A DNA stretch of 64,000 nt from Marsupella aquatica (taxonomy: Eukaryota; Plantae; Marchantiophyta): the NCBI GenBank assembly GCA_973895155.1, contig OZ316892.1, forward strand, positions 7,423,251-7,487,250. Reading direction: 5' to 3'. Each line of letters starts with the position of its first letter. Position 1 is the first letter of the stretch. The notes under the pieces are model-generated. The model did not search any database and had not been told where the DNA came from. It saw only the letters and a program-made list of their open reading frames with translations. This document shows positions 27,470-39,090 of the stretch, piece by piece. Position numbers and translations under genes: made by a program.

Positions 27470-28140
27470 TGGGAACTGGAACTGGAACTGACTTCTTCGG
27501 TTCGTCGCCAATGCTTCTCGCTGGTTCTAGAGTCTTAAAGTGGACGGGAACTGGAACTGAAACTGACTTCTTCGGTTCGTCGCCAATGTTTCTCGCTAGA
27601 CATCTTGGATGACCCTTGCAGTTTATTGCTAAAATGCTTCTCGCTAGACATCTCGGCTCGGATTCGACACCTTCCTCTTTCGACGCCTCTTCTGGAGTGA
27701 GGTAGCCCTTTAGAGTACCTAGGTAAACTCAAACTATCGGTTCAACTGATTGGAAGCAATGGATTGGCAGCCATCGATTCTCGGCCATCCATCAGTGTAC
27801 AGGTTTTGGGTTTATAGCTCGGGTTAATATAAATGTACGTTGACACTCAAACTATCCGTTAAACCGATTGGAAGCGATGGATTGGCAGCCATCGATCCTC
27901 GGACATCTATCAATATAGCGTTAACATAAAGTAGACACTCAAACTATCCATTCAACCAATTGGCACCGATGGATTGGCAGCCATTGATGGACTCACGACC
28001 ATCCATCGGTGTATGGTTTGGGGTTTAGGGTTGGATTAACATAAATTCCCGTCGACACTCCCCTTGTAAAGTCACTAGAAGGCAAGATTGGATTAACATA
28101 AATTCTTGTTGACACTCCCCTTGTAAAGTCACTAGAAGGC
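27470..28140. repeat. Cluster of local direct duplications
   Basis: 'ggaactggaactga..cttcttcggttcgtcgccaatg' x2, 'actcaaactatc.gttcaac.gattgg....atggattggcagccat' x3 and 'gacactccccttgtaaagtcactagaaggcaa' x2. Confidence 0.75.
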
Positions 28141-28429
28141 AACGAATGTGGGTTAAAAACAGGTTAAATATACAACTAGGAGCCCACCATTGTGATTGAA
28201 ACAAAAAAGACATTCTAAAATAAGAAGGAGAATATTTGTGTATTTTAAACTTTCGTTTTCCTTCACATGTCGGATAGTCATACAAAAGAGATGATTTTAC
28301 TAAAAATGACTGTTAGATAATCTTCATCAATATTAGAGATTTACTATATAAGTGAGTACAATATATTACAAATGATTGTGGACTCATTACGTAAGAGAGT
28401 AGTGTCTACATTCTGATCTTCATGGAAAA

Positions 28430-29190
28430 TATATGATTAATCATGCAATTTAATTTAAATTATGAATGATTAAATTATGAATGATTAAATCATGCAATAT
28501 AAAAATTAATGTCTAGAATTTACCATAGTAAAAAAATAAATTCTAGAATTTATTGTGGTAAAAAATTTAACTCTAGTAAGTTTAAATAATTTCTAGTATC
28601 TTCTAGGATACTCTAGTAAATGAACCAGCGTGGTCTGACTTCAACTATAAATAAGAGGGAGGCTCACTTTCCCAAGGAAGTCCATTTTCTAGTATTTCAA
28701 ACGTATGAGTGCGATGATAGAAAGTCCATAAAGTGTATATTGTGTACATTAGATTTGCATTGGAGGAATGTTTGAACATCAATTTTAGGACTAAATAAAA
28801 TGGCTATGCCGCCGGTGTCCTGATAATTCAATTATTCATGATGAAATCACTATCACTAGGTATATTATTAATTATATAGATTAGGTTTTCTATTTTGTTA
28901 CGAGATAACTAAATAGTTTGACTATTATTTATGTGCATGCCAGGTAAGCAACTATGCAAGCCACAATATGCATGTTTAGATGCATGTACAAATTATTTTA
29001 TTTGCATGCATTAGTTACTTTATGTGCAAGCCACAAGGTGCATGCACAAGTAATTTAGATGCATGCAAATTAGATGGTAAAGTAGGGTTTAATAGTATAT
29101 TAGTTTTATCTAAACTTTTATTAATACCCGATACCTTTATTATTAGAGTTATCATTTTGATTTTAGTGTAAAACTTGTGGGTGTTGTCTT
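28430..29190 (+). mobile_element. Degenerate LTR-like fragment related to the 32266-33442 repeat
   Basis: Contains a TATAAATA box. 29080-29180 matches 43018-43117 directly and 32330-32430 in inverted orientation. Confidence 0.5.
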
Positions 29191-29399
29191 GGGAATAGTA
29201 AACTCTCAAAAACACGTCGGGTACCTGGTTGCATGTGCTAATTAGGCTATTTATCACTTGTAAGAGACCTCATGACTATAGATCGTGCACTATAGCATGC
29301 ACACTATAGATTGCATATTATGCAAGAATTCAAATTACTATCCTATACTACTAAGTTATACTTAGAAGGAACTTACTAAACAAAGAATCCCCACGACAA

Positions 29400-31065
29400 C
29401 GTGCTATTGTTGTGTTGCTCCCTATATATTTTTGTTGCTTTTTCCTTCCTTCTTTCTCGTTGACTCAAATCTAAATCACAAAAGATGTCGTTTTTTGTAA
29501 CTTTCCAAAAAACTTGAAACTTGTAACCACCACATAGCCCACCAGCCTAGCAAGCCAACCCTGAAATCCGAAATTAAAATTGAATTTTGACGAAAAACTT
29601 TTTCAAGTTTCGGTCAGGGTGGATAAAATTCAAAAATTCTCCCCAGTTTTGATCACCCCGGGGAATAACAAAAATTCCAAGTAGCACCCGTTGTCCAAAA
29701 TGCAAATCAATTGGTGCACCACATTGCTAACTTCAGTGGCTATGTCCTCGCCGAAAAAGATCCAAAAAAAAGTTACCATTCAGACCTCGGAAATTTTGAC
29801 TAAAGGCTAAAAAATAGCTCTTTGTTTTTTTCGGAATATTCTTTGGACTGTGCGACAGGTTTCACAGGGGGCCGTTCCCCTTGTCGGAGCGATTAAATTG
29901 CGGTCTAAAGCGGTCTAAAGCGGTCTAAAGCGGTTCTTAAAGCGGTCTAAAGGGCCATTTATAAAAAAAACAGGAGTATGAGGGAGGGAGTATACAAGGC
30001 CTATATAGGGCATATAGAAGGCTGACATATAGAGGTATACCTAGGGGCTCCTCCTTCAATGTAGTTTGGGACTCGTGCCCTGGCTAGAGGACTCCTCCTT
30101 TAACTCTCCTCTTAATGATGCATAGGGCTGCGTGCCCTCTTCCTTGCTTGTACTATGGGGATAATAAAAAAAAATCTACTCCCAAGAGAAGGGAGTCGCT
30201 CCCTCTCCTTGGCAAGGGGCACGATGCCCTATGCAATGGGCACAATGCTCTATGGGGAGGGGTATACACAAGTGCCCTAAAATCTCCTTAAAAAAAACTT
30301 TGACCCAAAGAAAAAGGGTTCGTATAGGGGGGAAGGAGGGCATGAGTACAAGGCAATATACAGGGCAGGGATAAGTACCAAGAACCCACTTAAAAGCAAA
30401 AATTTGACCCCCCAAAAACATTTTCTCTTTTCTAGACACCTTGCCACTTGATCCAAAAAGGTGTCACCGATAGGAAATATTATTTCCGGATTTTGCCTCT
30501 TTCGCATCAGCAGGTTCAGCAGCGCAAAATCTCCGATGTGTCTCCCCCGCTGCACGTCATGTGCCAATCCCAAACTCAGAACGATCACCTCGTCGTGATC
30601 TCTCCGTTAAGCCATAGCACTTCGCGATTCTTCCCCCGAGTCGAGCGTGACGTCGAGAAACCCATTTTAGTCAAGGGCTATGTCTCCATAGCCATGGAAA
30701 AACCAGAAATGACTTCGTCATTCATTGCGTTGCACTCGGTTTACCCTCGACAACAAACTAGATACGAAAATGACCAGCTTTGCCCGATCTACGATTTGAG
30801 CTATAGTATGCAACGTCTCACGTATCGCAAAGTTCAATCTCAGGTCTCTCCTCTGTCGAAGAAACCGTCATAACAAATCTTTTTTCACAAAAAATTCTAG
30901 AATGACAAGAACTTTGATTCCTCCACACCACAAAGTCCGATCAGTGATTTCTTTGTACCGTTAGATAGCCCTTGCCCCGATCTATCCGTTGAGCCCAACA
31001 CCTCCAAGTTCCATGTGACAGAACTCCGTGAAATCCACCAACTCTAACCGCTGGAAAAACCGTTG
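29400..31065 (-). mobile_element. Copia 5' leader, inverted copy of about 23355-25120 (probable 5' portion of element A)
   Basis: Collinear reverse-complement similarity at both ends, e.g. 29461-29880 vs 24640-25070 and 30500-31065 vs 23355-23950. Confidence 0.8.
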
Positions 31066-32265
31066 TTGTAAATAAATAAGTTTTGGAGTTAAAATACCTC
31101 ACATAGAGTTTCTCACTCCATTAGAAAATATTATTAAAAAATTAATAAAAATAAATAAATAAAAATAGTATGACTTAGAGTAGTCATTTATAAATTATTA
31201 GATATAATAGACCAAAATTATAGAATAGATAAAAATAAAATAATATACCAAAATAATAGTAGACCAAATGAGTATAATAGGCCAAGATAATAGAATAGGA
31301 CAAAATAAAATAATGTGCCAAAAAAGTGGGCTAGAAAATTGTGGATAGTCCACTTTACAAAATAGTGGGCTAAGATAGTGGGCAAAAAAAGTGGGCTACC
31401 AAATTAAGGGTAGTCCACTTTACAATATAGTGTGCTAAGATAGTGGGCAAAATAGTTGGCTATCAAATTATGGGTGGTCAACATTTCCAAGTATAAATAG
31501 AAGGAAACTTGCTTCCCGTAGGATATTGTGTTCCCACTAGTGAGAGTTGAGTCCATGGTTTGCCTTGATGTAACGGAGGGCTATGTCGCTATTTTCATGA
31601 TGAAAGGACTTGAGAATTTTTCTTATGGTCATGGAGGGCTATGCCACCACTTGAGCACCTTAAGTTAAAATCTCAATCTGGCAAGGACGGCTATATCGCC
31701 TATATCAAGAATATATTATCAAAGGTTAATTTATACTATAGGTTTTAGCTATTCCTATAGATTGTAAATGATGTTGCATGGGGTTGCCAAAAGTGCATAG
31801 ACCGCCATGAATGATTGTCAACCTATTTTTGATTAGATTACATTGTTTAGATAAAAATGTAATGCGTCAAACGCTTATGTATCAATTTGGTATAGATTTC
31901 ACCACCATGATCATGAATTCAAACATTTCACTCATATATCCCGTAGTTACTTATGAAGAAGAGTGGGTGTGTAAGAACCGAATGTAGATACTTCGTGATC
32001 CTACCAAGCAACTCCTTCTCCTTGTTCACCTTCATCTTCTTCTCTTTCATTCCATGTAAGTAAGCAGCAATCAAGGATGAAAACCTCTCCATGTCAATTG
32101 GATTTATTTCAGTTTCCATGATTGCAATTCTTCCCTCTTGACTGAATAATATAAACAAGTTAAGAACTCAAAGTTCCAAAACCATATCTCTCTCCATCCA
32201 TTAGAACTCAAACATGCACAAGCTAACTTCCAAATCCAGCGGTTCCCCAGTATGGTCACCACTTA

Positions 32266-33442
32266 TGTCCGGATGACCGTGTTTTCTGGTAAGAGCATGT
32301 TGGCTCTTACGAAGTTAACTTTGCATGCCCATAAGTTCTACACTAAAACCAAAATGATAATTCTAGTAACAAGGGTAGTGGGTATTAAGAAAGGTTCAGG
32401 TGAAATTAAAATACTGTTAAACCCTACTTCATCATACTTGCGGACCAACATATCACGGAAATTAGTTTTCTTACGACATATGATCCTAATATCTTCAAGA
32501 GAAAATGAAACAGGAATATCATCTGGACTCCTATTCAAATCCATGACTTCAATAAAGGACAAAGATAATGCATTCTCACTCCTCACGGTATGACACTACT
32601 GGGTATATTATCGGCTCGTTAGAAACCATAACAGCAGTTGCAAACTGAGCTCCAAAATGATAGGTTAAATGTTGTCTCATAGATGGTTTGTCTAAAAGAT
32701 GGACTCTAATCAAAAATGGATTACTAAGGGAAAGATCAGGGATAATTCTCTCTCCTGGATTCATGATGCCTCTTCTATTCCTTTGCTATCGGGGCCAAAG
32801 GACGCCCCACCCCTAAATTCCAAAAAAAAACCTTATTCCCTAAGGTCTCATCTATAAGTCTATCGCTCATTCCTTTGCTATTCGGGCCAAAGGACGCCCC
32901 ACTACTATGTTTAAGGCACAAAGAGCTTCACAACCTTGAATGAAAAACACTACGGAATAAGGGGAGAGTGCCTCCTCACCACTTTATTTATAGTGCACAC
33001 CAAGAGGGCATGGATCCAGCCCAAGCACTTGGATGAAGGCCAAGTGTCAAACATCTAATACCTAAGAGTGTGCTAGTACTGTTCATAGTTGGTGAAACTA
33101 CTTTTAGTAGGTGGAACTACCATGCGTTGGTGGAACTACTATGCGTTGGTGGAACTACTATGCGTTGGTAAAACTACTGTAGTTGATAGAACTACTATGT
33201 GCTGATGGACCTACTGTGCGTTGGTAGAACTATTGTGCGTTGGTAGAACTATTGTGCGTTGGTGAATATTATTGTAGTTGGTGAAACTACTCATATGCAT
33301 TGGTGGAACTACTATAGTCCGTTAATATAGCTAAATAAATTTAATAAAGTCTAAATTTAATAATCTAACTACTAAATTACTTATATAATCTATAGCATAT
33401 TAAAATAAACAATTTTTTATAACTTAAGAGAAAATCACGACA
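32266..33442 (-). mobile_element. Solo-LTR-like repeat (about 1.18 kb) with an internal 19-bp minisatellite at about 33085-33315
   Basis: TGTC...GACA termini, a TATAAATA box on the minus strand and 'gttggtggaactactatgc' repeats. A second partial copy lies in opposite orientation at 33458-33792 plus 42965-43179. I see no matching TSD. Confidence 0.6.
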
Positions 33443-33792
33443 ATGTCTCTTTAAAAACTTAAGGGTGGGGCATCCTTTGGCCCGGATAGCAAAAGAACAA
33501 GGGAGTCATTATGAACCCAAGAAGGAGAGATATCCTTAATCTTTCCCTTCGTAACCCATTTTTGGTTAGAGTCCATCTTTGAGACAAGCCATCTATGAGG
33601 CAACATTTAACCTATCACTTTGGAACTCAATTTGCAGCTGCTGTTATGAGTTCTAATGAGCCAATAGTATACCCGGTAGTGTCTTATCGAGAGTGAGAGT
33701 GCATTATCTTTGTCCTCTATTAAAAGTCATGGATCTAAATAGGAGTTTAGATGACATTCCTATTTCATTTTCTCTTGGAGATGTAAGGATCA

Positions 33793-34080
33793 TGTCACCT
33801 CATGTTGCATTTGAGTTGCAACTTTGTTGGTTGCACATGTGTTGTGAGTTTGAGAGGGTGACCTGGCATAGCAGGTCACCTGGTAGGGGTGACCTCTTCA
33901 TCCAGGTTACCATGTCTTTGTGCCATGGGGTATACCTTGGAGAATGATGGATTAGCTCCTCATTCTTCCAAGTTGAGCCTCCCGGCACTAATAGAGCTCC
34001 TGTGAGTCCCACATGGCTAGCGAGTAAGTTTGGCTCGACTTAGTGATATCTTGCAGCGGGGTCCCGTTTTGCAAGAGATT
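33793..34080 (+). repeat. Terminal repeat A1 of the Gypsy-MTase element
   Basis: Direct repeat of 42480-42852 (A2), lacking an internal segment of about 83 bp bounded by GAGT microhomology. Confidence 0.9.
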
Positions 34081-36420
34081 ACTTGGAAGAATATGAAGGA
34101 GGAGAGCAGATGCTTTCAGTTTTTCTGAACTGTGCGGACCAGCGGAGGTGTTCGGTGGAGCTCGGTGATTCATCCATTCGTTCGTTGTTCGTTGGTGCCA
34201 ATCGTTGGTGGGCATTTGCTGATCGTTGGTTGATGTTGCTGGTTGGCAACACGTATCTGGACGTGAAAGTGCTGTCAAAAATTAGTGAGAGTATTCTGAT
34301 TTCAACTCAATTTCCTAAAATCTGGTTACATTTTCATCGCAAATCGTTGATGCGAAGAAGCTATGCTCATTGTATGCACCAATTGAATGGTTGTGCGAAA
34401 AGCTCTATTCGTTGCTGGTTAGAGAGGAAGGCTTGCTGCAGATTTTTGTATGCACAAAGGATGTGCGAAAGCCATGTCCAAATTTTGATAGAAACTCTGT
34501 TGGATGGATAACCACTAGAAATTTTATTGTGATTTCGGATGGAGCATACCGATGCGATTGCATTGGTGAAGTTTGAGTGAAAAATAGCTTGAGAGGTGGA
34601 CATTATGTGCTTCAAACATTTGCTAGAATTTTGTTTGTTGTCGATGGTTTTTTCGACGGTATTTTGTCACGGAATTTGTGACAAGATTTCAATGCAAATT
34701 GTGGTGCAAATGGTTACTTTGTGAAGTTGTATTGTGCACATATTTTGTGCCTACCTTAGGGGTTCATAAAAAACTAAAAAGAATATATGTTTAGAGCCTA
34801 AGCTAGCTTGGAGAAGGGAGGAATTCCAAGGCCTGACTTAGTTGGTGGCATTTGGGAAATAAAATCCACTTTAGAGGGGTTCAAGATATTTTGACTCTTA
34901 TGTTTAGTGGCTCAAAACCTGCACACTACCTTCCATCTTTTATCCCTACTTGGTTGCTTCTACTTTTTGTCCCCTTTGACACTTTATTTGTTATCCTCCT
35001 ACTAGTGTAACCATATGCTGCACTTTTATCTCATCCGTGTCCACTTTATTTTGTGCTCTCTTTTTAAGTGATTACCCTTTCTTCTTTGTTATTTGGGTAT
35101 TTTGGTGGGCCTTTTAGTGCTACCCTTTTTGTTACCCAAGGGAATCATATTTAAAAAGAAATAGGGTAGGGACCCAAGGTAAAAGCGGCTCCCCACGGAA
35201 GCCAAGGCTGGAGTTAAAGGGGGCCAGTTGGGCTCCCAAGGAGCCAGGCGGCCCCTTCTCGAACATTGAGGAGGGGGGAGGGCCCAAGGTGGTCTGTCAC
35301 CTTTTTTTGTTAAAGGATGGAAGGACCAGGTGTGCAACGCCTCCCCAAGGAGGTCCAGGTACAAGGAGGGGAGGGAGGATTTGCAGCTCCTTCCAGGTGG
35401 CCCAAGGCATTTAATAAGGAGGGCCCGCAGCCCTATGAATTGGTTTTAAAGAGGGGTGAGGAGCGAAGGAGGCAGGGGGAGGGGCATTCCAAGCTCCCTC
35501 CTCTTGGGAGCATTCAAGGAGGAGGGCTCCTAGCCCTATGGAGTGTCATTAAGGAGAGGCCCGAGGTGGCAGGAGGTCCCCCACAAGGACAGGAGCGAGC
35601 CCATTGGCCCCAGATGCCAGGAGATCTCCCAACACTTAGGAGCGAATTGGGAGAGGGTGCGGCAGGCGAGGGGTGGCAGGGCACTAATGCAAGGCAGGGC
35701 CCGAGGCCGGCAGGTGTCCACGCCTCATTAGCTATATTTTTTTGGCCGTATCCTACCGTGTCCCAGCCCATTTCTTCGTATTTAACAATTGTTTCCCGTA
35801 TTTGTGCCGTATTTTTGTAATTTGGGTTGTTTCCGCACAATTGCCACTGCGGGAAGCTTCCTCTATACTTGGTGCAGCAGAAAATCCGAGACCTCATTTC
35901 TGCACTTTGCCCGACACCATTGTGACCCCCCCGTAGTTGCACCACCATAGCTCGGTCATCTGAAGTCCATTTTGCTCATCGATTATAGGGTTGGATGCGG
36001 TGGCTCGTTGGCTATCAGGATCAGTTATCTACACACAATTTTGACACATTTCATTTTTTGGCCATTTTGCGGTGGTCTTGTTGTAGTCGTTGGCAGTAGT
36101 TGCTGCCAAGTGATTGTTGTGCCACAGGAGTGCTATAGTTAGTTGCATAGCCACACTGGAGATAGGAGTGACTCGCAGTGGTGCCCGATTTCGACCGTTG
36201 GAGGTAGATCGATCGTCTGCGCGGCACTGGCACCGACCCTGCCGTGGAGGAGGCGACGCAATTACTATCCTGATTGTCACTGTATTCACGCATTAGTCCC
36301 TACAATTGGGACATGGAGCATTCCATGGATAGTCGGATTTAGAGGTTTTTGGGAGATGTTGGCACCATGGAGTTGCCACATTTCATTATGGAGTTTGAGC
36401 GGTGGTGTGATCAATAAAAG

Positions 36421-37287
36421 TTGCGCAGCACGGCATTCTCCCCTTTCATGGCATGGCAGGCATTGTTCCAGCACTTGGAGGGGCCACCCATGCATGACTA
36501 TGAGGAGTTCCAGACGATGTATGCTGAGCACATTGAGTCTTGGAGACGCAAGTGGTCTCCAGATTACGTCTCACTCACAAGTGAAGATGTGTCCCCGAAG
36601 GAGGAAGAGGGTGTTAGCAGCTCTAGCACATCGTTGCCAATCCCCAGGTTCAACTCGATGGTGAAGTTCTTCAAGGTGTTGAAAAAGAATTACCAGGGTG
36701 TCCGCGTGGATAAGTTGTTGAGCCTCCAGACATTCAGCAGGATGAAGGGTGAGAGTTTGCACAAGGCGTACACGCGCATGAGGCGGTTGATCAGTATCAC
36801 GGAGGGCATTATTGATGCTCAGGCTATCAAGATTTGGTACCAAGCCCTGGATAAGGATTTGAGGAATCGGGTTTGGTTTTTGGCGTTGGCCACTGATGAG
36901 AAATTGACACTGGAGAAAGTTTTCCTACTTTCTAATACCATTGACATGAACCGGTCAGAGGAGAAGGTTGTCACCCTTGGATTTGGCAAGGAGTCCCCTG
37001 GAGGCAGTGCTGCTAGTCCATCTGGTGGGCAGCAGCCACATCGATTGGGGAATGTGCCAGGGAGGGCACAGCCCAATGCTCCCGGTGGTGCTGTTGCTGG
37101 TGGCAGGAGAGCAACAGCACCCCAACGTCCCTTTCAGCCCTCTTATGCCACTCAGGTGGAGTGCTGGAGCTGTAAGGGACCTCATAACCAGTGTGATTGC
37201 CCTGATCGGAAGGGTCCACCACGTGCAAAGCCGGGCGGAGCTGCCCCTAGACAACCTGATCTTAAGCTGTCTAGGGCTTGGGATTGA
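36421..37287 (+). CDS. gag: Gag (capsid plus CCHC zinc knuckle) of the Gypsy-MTase element
   Basis: Gag motif 'LQTFSRMKGESLHKAYTRMRRL' and knuckle 'CWSCKGPHNQCDC'. Confidence 0.8.
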   Translation: MRSTAFSPFMAWQALFQHLEGPPMHDYEEFQTMYAEHIESWRRKWSPDYVSLTSEDVSPKEEEGVSSSSTSLPIPRFNSMVKFFKVLKKNYQGVRVDKLLSLQTFSRMKGESLHKAYTRMRRLISITEGIIDAQAIKIWYQALDKDLRNRVWFLALATDEKLTLEKVFLLSNTIDMNRSEEKVVTLGFGKESPGGSAASPSGGQQPHRLGNVPGRAQPNAPGGAVAGGRRATAPQRPFQPSYATQVECWSCKGPHNQCDCPDRKGPPRAKPGGAAPRQPDLKLSRAWD

Positions 37288-37560
37288 AAAAGGCTGAGGT
37301 AGAGCCTTGCCCATCTCAGATTCATACATCTCTTGGTGTCCAAGAGAAGGCACATCACATGATGCAAGATAACCATACTGTGAGGTTTCCCCACCGCACT
37401 GGAGATGACTCTGCCTTGAAGGTGAAAGCCGTTGTCACACCTGTAGAGTCTTATGATGTTTTGGTAGGGAAGCCATACTCTACCCCATGGGCTTTGTGTT
37501 GGATTACTGGCAGGAGACTGTTCACTATCGACCAGGATGGCAGTCTGGTGATGGTAGGAA
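37278..37560 (+). pseudogene. Aspartic protease remnant (C-terminal half)
   Basis: 'VKAVVTPVESYDVLVG' matches the retropepsin C-terminal (Y)D(V/I)LLG motif. The catalytic D-S/T-G segment is not visible and appears deleted. Confidence 0.55.
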
Positions 37561-37929
37561 GTGTGAGTTACCAGTCCACTACTTTCTGCGTCGGACTGAG
37601 CGGTCACCAAAGTAGATGATTAGTTTGTCAGCTTGTGCTGGAGCTATCACCTGGCCAGGTGATCTCTTGGAGGGTAATGCCCATGCTGCAGACATCCCCG
37701 TAGCAGAGCAGTTGCACGACTCCTCAGGTAACTGCAGCATTTCCATTGTCCCACAGGTATGGGGTTCCACTCCTGAGTTATAGCAACATGCTGATTCATA
37801 TATACAGGCAGCATGGCGTGCACCATTTGCCCCTTTAGCGGAGCCACCTGTGGTAGATTGCATTCCCAGGTTGATCATTGTGTCCCCGTTGGACACCACT
37901 CCCATTTTGTGGACATACCCTACTGAGGG

Positions 37930-38880
37930 TATTCGCTTGTTGGAATTGTTTGGTGGCATGAGCACTGGTTTAGCTGCTATCTTACATGCTGGCATTAGAG
38001 TGCAACAGTATCTCTATGTGGAGCGCGATGACACAGCCCGACATGTCTCATTGCGTTATATTGCTCAATTACATCAGCAGTTCCCTGATTTATTGCTTCT
38101 ATCAGCTATCAGAGATTATCAGCACGTTTTGCCAGTAAACATCTCACTTTTGGGGGCATCGGATTTAGTACGCATTGGTGCGATTCACCTTGTCATTGCT
38201 GGTTGGCCATGCCAGGGCCATTCCTCTACTGGGACAGGATCTGGTCTCAAAGACCATTGTTCTCACATGTTTTGGGAGATGCTGTGTGTCATGAGGTTTT
38301 TGCAGGTGCAGCAGCATGTCTCTCCTGCCTACATTCTAGAGAATGTTCCCTTGTTGGGTGATACTCGGTCACAGATGGTGGCTAGTATGCACCAAGTGAG
38401 GTCCTGGTTAGGACCTGCTGTTTTTTAGATGCTGCTAGTGTCGGATCGACAGCACATCATCCACGATTATGGTGGACCAACTTGATGCCACCTGAGATTT
38501 TGCGGAGGGCATATCAGCATATTATGCGGCCTGTTGGGCTCACTATGGACCGCATTTTGGATGTTGGACGACATGCACAATTGGTGCATCACGATGATCG
38601 CTCCCCATTGGCAGTGGTGAACCGGGTTGGTCAACCCCGTGCAGCACTACCCATTTTGGTGAGTTTTCCCTCATCGTATGCTTACCGTAATGGTGGACCA
38701 GGGTTAATTTGGGATTCCCACCACAAAGAGCTGACGGAACCTACTACTGATGAGCATGAGTGTGCTATGGGATTTCAGACTCGTCCCACAGTAGTACCCT
38801 TAGTGATTGAAGCAGCACGCCGTCACATTTAGGGTCAGGCTATGGATCTTAATTGTTTGACTTGGATTGTGAGCTTAGCC
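37930..38880 (+). pseudogene. DNMT3-type DNA (cytosine-5)-methyltransferase domain within pol (frameshift at about 38425, stop at about 38830)
   Basis: Motif I 'IRLLELFGGMSTG', II 'YLYVE', IV 'LVIAGWPCQG', VI 'YILENV', VIII 'LDAASVGSTAHHPRLWWTNL', IX 'EHECAMGF', X 'ARRHI*GQAMD'. They are in canonical, non-permuted order and collinear with DNMT3A. Confidence 0.93.
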
Positions 38881-39090
38881 TTGGCAGAGCAGTGCCAGTT
38901 ACAATCATCTATGACACCTTCACATGGATGCTCTTTCTCTCTTGGGTCCTTAGCGTTCAGAGCAGGGGGCGACAGTGCCACAGATTGTCATCCCTGGACT
39001 TCATGGGGAGTCAGTGGAGAGGCCAATGGGCTTTCTTTTTTGCAGCAACATGGTATTGTTGCTCGTGAGGTTGCAGCATAGCAACCACAG

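Noticed and set aside
32252-32764. ORFs 32252-32593, 32338-32586 and 32576-32764, echoed at 42829-43253 and 28980-29257, as a gene family
   Set aside because: The recurrence comes from the LTR-like repeat itself. Frames are not preserved between copies and no domain is recognisable.
37850-38880. The methyltransferase as a host DRM/DNMT3 gene or a bacterial restriction-modification gene
   Set aside because: It is intronless, has non-permuted motifs, lacks UBA domains and a cognate nuclease, and lies between PR and RT inside TSD-bounded termini.
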